Shown here in pieces: positions 10,550-19,147 of a DNA stretch of 64,000 nucleotides. The position numbers and the translations under genes were made by a program. This DNA comes from an uncultured cyanobacterium (GTDB lineage Bacteria; Cyanobacteriota; Cyanobacteriia; PCC-9006; JAAUQQ01), in assembly GCA_963718615.1 (NCBI GenBank), contig OY970368.1:224001-288000 (forward strand), given 5' to 3'. The notes under the pieces were generated by a model. The model saw only the letters and a program-made list of their open reading frames with translations. It had not been told where the DNA came from and made no database searches. Within the stretch, counting starts at the first letter, position 1, and every line of letters starts with the position of its first letter.

Positions 10550-10608
10550 GCGGGTTCACTTCAGGCCGGTTTAATTCAGGTCGGTTTAATTCAGGTAGGG
10601 ACAGGGTC

Positions 10609-12447
10609 ATGGTTCAGGCTTCGATGGCAATAGGAATGGGAAGAATTCTCTGGGGTCCTGTGTTAGGGGCTGTGGTCTTCGGCATAGTGCTGGGGGCGAT
10701 CGCTCAAACCGCCCAGGCCCAAACCGCCCAGGCCCAAACTGCCCAGGTTCCCCAGCCCAGCACCCAACCCCTCTTCCTCGCCTATCCCCCGGCCAATCAC
10801 GAAACCACGTCCGATCGCATTTTTCTCATCGGTTCTGCAGCTCCAGGGGGACCCGTCACGGTTAATGGTCAGCCCGTCAAACGCAGTCAGGGCGGTCACT
10901 TTGCCCCTTCATTTCCGCTTCAGATGGGCGAGAATCAGTTCACGCTCCGCCATGGTTCCGAGGAACTGAGGTTGATGGTCACCCGATTGGATTCGACGCC
11001 AGCAGTGCCTCGGGGGTTAGCCTTTGGCAAGGATTCGCTGGTGCCTGGGGTGGATATTGCTCGGCAGGTGGGGGAGCGGGTTTGTTTTGGGGCGATCGCC
11101 CCTCCCCAATCCCAGGTCGCGGTTAAGCTGGGCAATCAAAGCCTGCTGCTAACCCCAGTCAACGGTGCCGTAGACCTACCGGCCAACTCAGCCATTTTGA
11201 CGGGCCGCAATGCTCCCACAGCCCAAGCCCCAGGGGGACAGTACCAAGCCTGTACCCGCTTTAGTCAAGCCTTAACGATTCAGCCTGTGTATCAACTCAC
11301 CCGCCAGGGCCAGACCCAAACTACGCCTGCACCGGGAAAGCTAGAAATTCTCTCCCCGGAAACGATTACCATCGCGACCGTAACCCCAGACCAAGGGGTG
11401 GCCCGAACGGGACCCAGCACGAATTATTCGCGGCTAACACCTCTCCCCCAGGGCACGCAAGCAGCGGTAACGGGGAAAGAAGGGGATTGGGTCCGGTTAG
11501 ATTACGGTGCTTGGATCAAGGCCAGCGAAGTCTCACTCAGCCCGGCCCCAGTGCCGCCGGAGACCGTGATTCGCAGTTTGAGCAGCAGCGTTAAGGGAGA
11601 CTGGACAGAGGTGGTGTTTCCGCTGCAAACACCCGTGCCCATTCGCATTCGCCAGGATACGCGCAGCCTGACGCTGACGTTGCACAACACCACGGCCCAG
11701 ACGGACACGATTTACACAAGCCAGGATCCGCTGATTGAGCGGCTGGACTGGAGTCAGCCGCGACCGGGTGAGGTTGATTACACCATTCATTTCAAGACGC
11801 CCCAGCAGTGGGGATTCAAAACGCGGTATGAAGGCACCAGTTTGATTTTGTCGCTGCGGCATCCGCCCAAGACCACTTCGTCCCTACGGGGGGTAAAAAT
11901 TTTTATTGACCCCGGTCATGGCAGCGTCAATGATTTGGGGGCACGGGGTCCCAATGGCTATCCCGAAAAGGATGTGGCGCTGAAGGTGTCGAAGCTGGTA
12001 CGGGATGAGCTGCAAAAACGCGGTGCGACGGTCGTGATGGCGCGGGAGGGGGATGATGATTTATATCCTCAGGATCGGGTCGATCGCATGATAGTTGCCG
12101 AGCCCAATTTGGCCCTTAGCATTCACTACAATGCCTTACCGGACAATGGCGACGCGGAAAATACCCAGGGCATTGGCACGTTTTGGTACCAGCCCCAAGC
12201 CCATGATTTGGCTCAGTTTCTCCATGATTATTTGACCCAAAAACTCGATCGCAAATCCTACGGTGTGTTTTGGAATAATTTGGCCCTGACGCGACCAAGC
12301 CTGACGCCAGCGGTGTTGCTGGAGCTGGGATTTATGATTAATCCTGAGGAGTTTGAGTGGATTGTGGATGACAAGGCTCAAACGCAGTTAGCGAAGACGT
12401 TGGCAGACGGGGTGATGCTGTGGGTACAGCGGACCGGGGGATCCTAG
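10609..12447 (+). CDS. N-acetylmuramoyl-L-alanine amidase (Amidase_3) with SH3-like domain
   Basis: Signal peptide; IDPGHG..E, SIHYNA, LLELGFMIN. Confidence 0.92.
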   Translation: MVQASMAIGMGRILWGPVLGAVVFGIVLGAIAQTAQAQTAQAQTAQVPQPSTQPLFLAYPPANHETTSDRIFLIGSAAPGGPVTVNGQPVKRSQGGHFAPSFPLQMGENQFTLRHGSEELRLMVTRLDSTPAVPRGLAFGKDSLVPGVDIARQVGERVCFGAIAPPQSQVAVKLGNQSLLLTPVNGAVDLPANSAILTGRNAPTAQAPGGQYQACTRFSQALTIQPVYQLTRQGQTQTTPAPGKLEILSPETITIATVTPDQGVARTGPSTNYSRLTPLPQGTQAAVTGKEGDWVRLDYGAWIKASEVSLSPAPVPPETVIRSLSSSVKGDWTEVVFPLQTPVPIRIRQDTRSLTLTLHNTTAQTDTIYTSQDPLIERLDWSQPRPGEVDYTIHFKTPQQWGFKTRYEGTSLILSLRHPPKTTSSLRGVKIFIDPGHGSVNDLGARGPNGYPEKDVALKVSKLVRDELQKRGATVVMAREGDDDLYPQDRVDRMIVAEPNLALSIHYNALPDNGDAENTQGIGTFWYQPQAHDLAQFLHDYLTQKLDRKSYGVFWNNLALTRPSLTPAVLLELGFMINPEEFEWIVDDKAQTQLAKTLADGVMLWVQRTGGS

Positions 12448-12454
12448 TCCCGGT

Positions 12455-13135
12455 GACCAGTTGTGGATAGTGACCTGGGGCGATCGCTGTCCAATGCGAT
12501 CAATCCGGCCAATGCGTTGTTCAACGCGCATTGGGTTCCAGGGCATATCGTAGTTGAACAGGACGGCAGAGGTTTGTAAGTTCAGGCCCTCACTGGCAGA
12601 CTCGGTGCAGAGCAGAACTTTGATCTCGCCGTTGCGGAAGCGTTGTTTGATGGTTTCCTTGGGAAGATTGATCCAGTTATTCCCCTGCAAGTGCTCGCCG
12701 CCACGTCCGGAGTAACAGGCGAGCTGGTTACCGTAGAGTTGGCGGAACTGCTCCCGCAGGAAACCCATGGTGTCGGTGTACTGAGTGAAAATGATGGCGC
12801 TTTCGTGCTGGCTGAGTTCCTGGCGCAACAGCGTAATCAAATGGGAAAACTTGGAGTCTTCGCCCGTATTCTCAAATTGGTGCAATAGCGCTTCAAGGTA
12901 CTCAATCTCTCTCGGATCCACGGGTTCTAGGTAGCCCTCTAGGCCATCCAAGATGGCATCATCTGAGGATTTTGAGCTGGTGGGGCCAGGGGGTGATGGG
13001 GATGGAGTCGAGGCAATATTGCAAACAGCCGGGGGAGTTGGGGAGATCCGCCAGTTGGCGAAATTGCTCCCGTTCCCATTCAAGGTCTGGGGGAGCAGGG
13101 CTGTCTGGGGGTGATTCTGGGGGTGATTCTGATGG
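12455..13135 (-). pseudogene. SNF2-family helicase remnant: short N-terminal piece joined to part of the C-terminal helicase domain
   Basis: One frame reads ITPWPHQLKIL; another reads DSKF..IIFTQYTDT, CTESASEGLNLQ, YDMPWNPMRVEQRIGRIDRIGQ; motifs I-III absent. Confidence 0.8.
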
Positions 13136-13821
13136 CCCAAAACTCACCATTGACGCTGTTATAGCCAAAGGCCATATGCACCGGGCCATAGCACTCACCT
13201 TTATGGAGTTTAACGGTGTGCCAACAGAGGGCCTCCCCGCGCTGAAGATGAATATCCTTCAATTGGCACCACCCGTGACCGGCCCGCCAAATCCAAGTAT
13301 TTCGCTTGACCCGAATCCGGTAGTGCCACCCTAACTGAGTCGTCATAGCGGTCATGGCATCAGTGTGAATAAAACCCCGGTCGGCGAGCACAACCACCTT
13401 CACCCCCTGAGGCAATCGGTTGGTGGCTTGGTGCAGCATCTCCTGATACTCGCTGAAGGCAACCGAGGCACTGCGGTGCTTGAGCACTCGCCAGACCACG
13501 GGCAACGCCCGACCTCGGTGCACAACCGCCAGGCGGACTAAGCAATACTGAGCCCAAAAGAGCGAGGTGTCCAAGCTCAGATACAAACACTCCTCACCCC
13601 AATCCGCTAATGCCTTGTATCAACGGTTTGTACAGGCGGTGGACGTTCAAACGACTGTTATGCAACCAGCGGCTTAAACGCCGTTGTTTACTTTGCGCCT
13701 GCACCCCTCGACAGGGGACATAGGGCAGCCACCGCGTCAGGCTAATCTCTCCTCGCTGCAGCAAGGCCACCACACAGCAAGGTACTCCGGCTCTCAAAAT
13801 CAACTTTTGTCAGTCAACCAG
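13136..13821 (-). mobile_element. IS4-family transposase remnant, frameshifted and truncated
   Basis: QRRLSRWLHN, frameshift near 13610, LSLDTS, RALPVVW, LADRGF; C-terminal catalytic Glu region missing; possible element end CTGGTTGACTGACAAAAG from 13821. Confidence 0.8.
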
Positions 13822-14098
13822 CTGTGCAACTGATTGACTCTCCCTGCGATGTGAAGACAAGAACTTGAACAAAGCGTACGACTTACTAAGCGGAATTTGT
13901 GTCAATCTGACCAATAGGATGAAGCTCCAATGGGCGTTGGTTTTTTAAAAGAAGCAAGATAAATGGATCAAGGTCGTAATGACGCCTTGGAAGTTTAGCG
14001 ATTGTGTTTACACTAGCAAAATATACCTTTTTGAGGAGGTTTCAGCATTTCCGGGCCATGAGAATTAATCTAGAATCTTCCCTATCGACGGTACATTC

Positions 14099-15556
14099 GT
14101 GCATCCTTCTCACCAGCGAATTCGTATTCAGTCGCCAGATGTTGACTCAATACGCCGATTGATCGATCACACTTACCTACAGCAGTGTCATCTTGATCTC
14201 AATTCTAAACAAGCGCACTTACATTTACCCAAAACAGGATTGGAACCAGACTCTTCATTACAGCTAGAGCAGCCTCCACTAACAGCACAGCCGCCGCTTC
14301 CGTTCTGTCGTATCAGCGTTGTCATACCGGTGCGGAACGAAGCAGAACGTTTACCCCGTGCGATCGGCGCACTTGCGTCCCAGATCGACGATACCGGACA
14401 GCAGCTCAATCCGTCCTGCTATGAGGTATTGCTCGTTGCAAATAACTGTACCGACCAAACCGTTGAGGTAGCACAGCAGCTAAGTAAACGTTATCCACTC
14501 TTGCAGCTACACATTATCGAAATTGCTTTACCAAAAGAAGTTGCCTGTGTTGGCAAGGCTCGTCAAATTGCGATGAATGAAGCCTATCGCAGGCTATCAC
14601 TCATCGGGCTAGAAGATCGCATTATTGCCTCCACAGACGGGGATACTGAAGTGGCACCTAATTGGATTCACTCGCTGTTCTGCGAGTTTGCAACGGGCGT
14701 AGATGCAGTTGGCGGACGTATCATTACTCAGCGACAAAATCAATCTGAGTTCAGCACTGAAGTATCGCTTTACTATTTACGTCGTTTGGCTCATGCCTAT
14801 CTTGCTGCTCAAATCGCATGTCTACTGGATCCGCAATTGCACGACTGTTGGCCTCGTCACTTTCAGTATTGCGGAGCTAACATGGCGGTCTCAGCCCAGA
14901 TCTATGGTCAGATCGGAGGAATACCGTTTGTTAGGGATGAGGAAGACGTTGCGCTCTATCGCCGATTGCAAAGCGCCGATGCCAAGATTCGCCACAGTCT
15001 TAATGTGCGCGTGCAGACCAGTGCTCGGCTGCTCGGAAGAGCAACCGGCGGACTATCTGCACTACTAACGACGCTATCCTATGTAACTCAGGAGCAGCGA
15101 ACGGTTTGGGTAGAGTCACCTCAGGTGACGGAAGCTCGTATTGTCTTGAATCGAGCTCTCAGAAAAGTCTGGTTAACCTTGCAAGGAGGATATATCTCCA
15201 GCATTCGCGAGTACGAGAGGGTAACAACGCTCCTCGCGAGAAGTATCGGTTTACCAGACTCTCAGCTACGACAGCAAATTGAAACTTCTCCGACATTTGG
15301 TGAGCTTGTAGCAACGCTCGCGGCTAAGCAAGCGGAACAGTTGGATTTGAGTCGATTTGACCAAACCACCGAAATTAGCATTGCCAATATGCATTTGCGC
15401 CAGCGGCTCCAGCAGGCTCGGCAGACCATCAGTCAATCGGGCGCATTGCCGCAGCCAGCGTCAAAGTCGCTGTATGTACAATCACATGCACGCCTGATTT
15501 TAGAAGCGCTCCAGCAGGTCCAGGCGATACCGCTCCTCCCGCCGACTTACTCGTAA
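14099..15556 (+). CDS. Glycosyltransferase family 2
   Basis: VVIPVRNEA, ANNCTD, VGKARQ, STDGDT (DxD), GANMAV, EEDV, TSAR..GRA..G. Confidence 0.9.
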   Translation: MHPSHQRIRIQSPDVDSIRRLIDHTYLQQCHLDLNSKQAHLHLPKTGLEPDSSLQLEQPPLTAQPPLPFCRISVVIPVRNEAERLPRAIGALASQIDDTGQQLNPSCYEVLLVANNCTDQTVEVAQQLSKRYPLLQLHIIEIALPKEVACVGKARQIAMNEAYRRLSLIGLEDRIIASTDGDTEVAPNWIHSLFCEFATGVDAVGGRIITQRQNQSEFSTEVSLYYLRRLAHAYLAAQIACLLDPQLHDCWPRHFQYCGANMAVSAQIYGQIGGIPFVRDEEDVALYRRLQSADAKIRHSLNVRVQTSARLLGRATGGLSALLTTLSYVTQEQRTVWVESPQVTEARIVLNRALRKVWLTLQGGYISSIREYERVTTLLARSIGLPDSQLRQQIETSPTFGELVATLAAKQAEQLDLSRFDQTTEISIANMHLRQRLQQARQTISQSGALPQPASKSLYVQSHARLILEALQQVQAIPLLPPTYS

Positions 15557-16144
15557 TCTATAAAGGCTGCCGACCTGGTCGAGGAAGGCTTCGTGAACCT
15601 GATCGCCGGTGATAGGATAGTCTTCGACAAAAGGCGTCCAGTGGACGAGAACCAGGTGTCCACCTGGCTCTAGATGTTCGGCGATCTTCTTCTGGGCCAT
15701 TTGTAGGTCTGACCCTCCCCAGTAGTAGCCTACCTCTGAAACCAGGGTTAAATCAAAAGTCTGGGAGGGATAATTGTGTGGCACCTGCATCATATCAAAC
15801 TGGACATGGGAGAGCGATTGACAGCGCTCTTTTGCCCTGACCTGAGCCTGTTCTGAAACATCAACCGAGAGCAAAGACTGACAGCGAGCCGCTAGCTTTT
15901 GGGTGAGGACACCAATGGACCCCCCAATTTCAAAGGCAGAGCGGTATTGCTGTCTGGGCAACGCCGCCAGGGTTGCCGCATACTTTTTGGCTTCGTACTC
16001 ACTCGTTTCAAAGTCCCAGGGATCAATATTGGCCGCATACATTTTTTCGAAGTACTCGGGCTGTACGGAAGCGGCATCCAAGTGCTTTGAATCCTGCGGG
16101 GAACCCGGTGAGACATCTTTAGAAGGTGGGGAAGCGAAAGGCAT
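15500..16144 (-). CDS. SAM-dependent methyltransferase, NodS-like
   Basis: YFE..Y...DPW.F..S.YE..KY, FEIGGSIG, SEVGYY, LVHW, GDQVH. Confidence 0.88.
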   Translation of the reverse strand: MPFASPPSKDVSPGSPQDSKHLDAASVQPEYFEKMYAANIDPWDFETSEYEAKKYAATLAALPRQQYRSAFEIGGSIGVLTQKLAARCQSLLSVDVSEQAQVRAKERCQSLSHVQFDMMQVPHNYPSQTFDLTLVSEVGYYWGGSDLQMAQKKIAEHLEPGGHLVLVHWTPFVEDYPITGDQVHEAFLDQVGSLYRLRVSRREERYRLDLLERF

Positions 16145-16869
16145 TAGCGGACCTCTAGGTAAGTTTCGTAGGGCTGAATGAGATTGTTTAGCATTTCGGC
16201 GGTGAGTCGAAAGCCGTTCGGATCGTCCTGAATCAGGTCAGTCGTTTGGGAGCGGTATGCCATTGCGGCGTCAAGCTTAAGACGCATGACTGAGGCGATG
16301 TCCAACCGCCAGCCCTGTTCACCGGGAGGTAAGCAGCGCAGACCCGCAGCGCGATCGCCCCAGATGGAATAGGCTAGCTGTGTCGGGGGGGGTGACCAAG
16401 CGCTTGAACAGTGCTGAACAATATGCCAAGTGGCCTGATGATCGCAGTGCTGATCGAACTGCCAGGGCGAGAGCAGGAGGTCCGGTCGGTAGGGTTTGAG
16501 AATACGATCAAAATCTTCTACTGCCTTCAGAAACTGAGGCTGTCCCGGCTGAGGCACGGCTGTATCTGGCCACCTCAAAAATGTAATGTGGCTTTCTGGA
16601 ACCTCCAGGATTTTGAGGGCGGCAAGGGCTTCTTCTTCTCTGAGTGCTCTAAGCTTGCGAGGAGGAAACTGCTGAGAGTTGGGGTGAGACTGAGCGCCGT
16701 CACTCACAACTACAACCCGGACAGAAACCTGATTCTGCCGAAAAAGGGCGATCGCCCCCCCGCAGCCCAACGTTTCATCGTCAGGATGGGGAGCCACTAC
16801 CGCAACCCGACGAAAACGTAGCAGCAGATCTTCAATCGGTTTAAGCGGCAGCGAGGCGATTACTACCAT
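16144..16869 (-). CDS. PIG-L/LmbE family deacetylase
   Basis: APHPDDETLGCGG, SDG..SHP, R..E, DQHCDH, YRSQ. Confidence 0.92.
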   Translation of the reverse strand: MVVIASLPLKPIEDLLLRFRRVAVVAPHPDDETLGCGGAIALFRQNQVSVRVVVVSDGAQSHPNSQQFPPRKLRALREEEALAALKILEVPESHITFLRWPDTAVPQPGQPQFLKAVEDFDRILKPYRPDLLLSPWQFDQHCDHQATWHIVQHCSSAWSPPPTQLAYSIWGDRAAGLRCLPPGEQGWRLDIASVMRLKLDAAMAYRSQTTDLIQDDPNGFRLTAEMLNNLIQPYETYLEVR

Positions 16870-18077
16870 AGCGCTCTCGCAGGCGGGGTCTGCGATAAAA
16901 CGTATGACCCGACATCGGTCAGCGAGGCATCAAAGGCAGGCTGTCTGAGATACAGCGTCAAGTCTCGAATGATTCTTTCCATTGGATGCGGCGGCAACAA
17001 ACCCTGCGTTCCAATGCAGCGCTCTGCTAGCTGCATCATGTCTATGCAGATCTGTTCAATTGCAGTTCGAACCATATTGCAGTAGCTGACGAGCCTTGAC
17101 CAATCCGAGCGATTCTGAACCGGCATGTCACCGAAAACATCAGCATAGGCTTCAATCTGGGCTGCGCTGCCTCGCAGCCAGAGGTTGCCCTGTTCGAGTG
17201 CGATCGCCATCTTCCCTAGGCGAGCCTGCTGGTGAGGGTGCTCCGTTCGTCCCAAATCCTGTAAATACTTCCGCGTAGCGTCAAATAGAGCCTCCGCACC
17301 GCCTAGCTGCACCGCCGCAAAACGTACAACGCCACCGCTTAGCCAAGGCTGACGGAAGTAGTCGCCTGGCGCGCCGATCAGCTCGCCGGGTCCTAGCTCT
17401 ACACCGGTAAAATCAACTTTGTAGCTTGCGGAGGCCCGCATCCCTGAAGGCTGCCACCAGTCTGGATCTATAGCAACTGTTACCTTCTCCATCGGAACGA
17501 TACACATCTGCCAGGTGCCGTCCGGCAGCGCACCATTCACAAAGGGCCGCTCAACATAGCCGCAGCCCGAACAAAAGGTTTTGCTGCCTTCCAGTCGATA
17601 GCGCCCTCCTTCTAGCGCCTGTAGCTTTACGCCATCAGCAGCTTCAGCATTCCAGATGCCGAAGGCTCGTCCTGCTTTCGCGTCCTGGGCAAAAGCTCGA
17701 ATCTGCGCGGGCGTGCCAAAGGTCTGAACTAGCTGAAGCCCGTTGACATGTCCTTCGAACACTCGTCCTAGTGCCAAATTACCCCGACCTATCTGTTTAA
17801 GAATTTGTAGGAGTCGCTCCGTTTGATTGGCTCGAAATCCGAGTCCCAGTCCTCCCAAGTCCTCTCTGAGTGGCGCGATTAGCAATCCGGCTTCTGTAAG
17901 CCCTTGGAAAGAGCGGCGAGGAAATCCCCCGATCTTATCTACCGATGCTGCTTCTGAAGCTGCAACATCGGCAATTTGAACCGCAACCTCAAAGAGCTGA
18001 TCAGGAGAGGAAAAAGGAGACGATTGTACAGTAGGCTCGCGGCGTTGAAGTTGAGATTGAACAGATGCAACAGTCAT
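16863..18077 (-). CDS. Acyl-CoA dehydrogenase-family flavoprotein
   Basis: GRVFEGHVN, G.KTFCSG, GMRASAS, RDLTLYLRQ; likely start MTVASV at 18077. Confidence 0.85.
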   Translation of the reverse strand: MTVASVQSQLQRREPTVQSSPFSSPDQLFEVAVQIADVAASEAASVDKIGGFPRRSFQGLTEAGLLIAPLREDLGGLGLGFRANQTERLLQILKQIGRGNLALGRVFEGHVNGLQLVQTFGTPAQIRAFAQDAKAGRAFGIWNAEAADGVKLQALEGGRYRLEGSKTFCSGCGYVERPFVNGALPDGTWQMCIVPMEKVTVAIDPDWWQPSGMRASASYKVDFTGVELGPGELIGAPGDYFRQPWLSGGVVRFAAVQLGGAEALFDATRKYLQDLGRTEHPHQQARLGKMAIALEQGNLWLRGSAAQIEAYADVFGDMPVQNRSDWSRLVSYCNMVRTAIEQICIDMMQLAERCIGTQGLLPPHPMERIIRDLTLYLRQPAFDASLTDVGSYVLSQTPPARALW

Positions 18078-18185
18078 AGTTGTGGTGGTTGTAAAGCGCT
18101 CGCAGATAAAAGGTCTAGCATTAACTCGGAGAGTTATGAGAAGCCAGGTAAGACCGTTTTCCCCAGTTCTCTCAGTCGATTCAAA

Positions 18186-18266
18186 ATACCCTTCCTTCGG
18201 CAAACAAGCTGCACAAACAAGTCCGTTGTGGCCAGCACCTATCACAACAACATCGTAACTTTCCAT
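18186..18266 (-). pseudogene. N-terminal relic of a CrtO/phytoene-desaturase-like FAD oxidoreductase
   Basis: MESYDVVVIGAGHNGLVCAACLPKEGY Rossmann start; similarity ends after ~27 codons. Confidence 0.6.
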
Positions 18267-18549
18267 GCAGTCAGTTCCCTTCGCAGGAGTGAGATACGCC
18301 TATGACAAGCGCTGCTTCCTAATTAACAGAGATTTTCATGCTCGACGCTCTATCGAAATACAGAGATGCGGGATGGGAAAGGTTTCACTTAGAAGATATT
18401 CAGAAAGTAAGAAAAAACTCATGCCAGTCCACGTAGCATGAGTCTGACCCGATGTTGCCTCGGGCAGCTATTCCCCTAGGGAAAGAATATCAATCGTCAG
18501 AGCATATACCGCCGCGCGATTGGGTGGATGAGCGTCAAGACCAAGCTTC

Positions 18550-18765
18550 AGACCTAGAGTGGGCCATCGATTGGGAAATCATGAAAGACCGATACTGGAA
18601 CGATACAGACGAGGATGGCGATCGCAAACGTCGCCGCCAAGCGGAATTTCTGGTCCATCAAGCCGTACCCTGGTCACTAGTCCGCGCCGTCTGCGTCATC
18701 GATGCCAATATCTCCGCCCAAGTGAAACAAATTTTGCAACAGCACAGCCAAAACACGGCGGTAGC
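18550..18765 (+). pseudogene. darT: DarT (DUF4433) DNA ADP-ribosyltransferase, C-terminal fragment
   Basis: IDWEIMKDRYWNDTDEDGDRKRRRQAEFLVH..VPW; N-terminal YH motif region absent. Confidence 0.75.
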
Positions 18766-19098
18766 GCTCGGGCTCAAATCCAAGTTTTGCCCCAGGGACG
18801 AGAAGAAGCAGAACGTTTTCTGCAAAAGCCGCAATCTGAGCGAGGTCAATATCTAGAGCGTGTAAGTCAGCTCATCCAAGGTTTTGAAACGCCCTACGGC
18901 ATGGAGATGCTAGCCACTTTGCACTGGATTGCTCAGGAAGACCCAGAGGCAACCCAGAATGTGGATGTTGCGATTCAGCGTGTTGAGGAGTGGAGCAATC
19001 GGAAGAAAAATCTCTTCAAGCCACGCCATCTAGAAACTGCATGGAAGCATCTTCAGAGACAGGGCTGGTTCGAGGCGAAAGCAGCTACCCCCCAGTAA
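18760..19098 (+). pseudogene. darG: DarG antitoxin, C-terminal fragment (macro domain deleted)
   Basis: AQIQVLP..EEAERFL..ERVSQLIQGFETPYGMEMLATLHW..W..RK..F...AW..L..GW. Confidence 0.75.
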
Positions 19099-19147
19099 AA
19101 GCAAACAGCTTTAAGAACTGTATGGCGCTGGCGCTATCCTTGTAGCT

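Noticed and set aside
16863-18266. Calling the 467-aa ORF a carotenoid ketolase/desaturase
   Set aside because: Only the first ~27 codons match; the remainder is acyl-CoA dehydrogenase-like.
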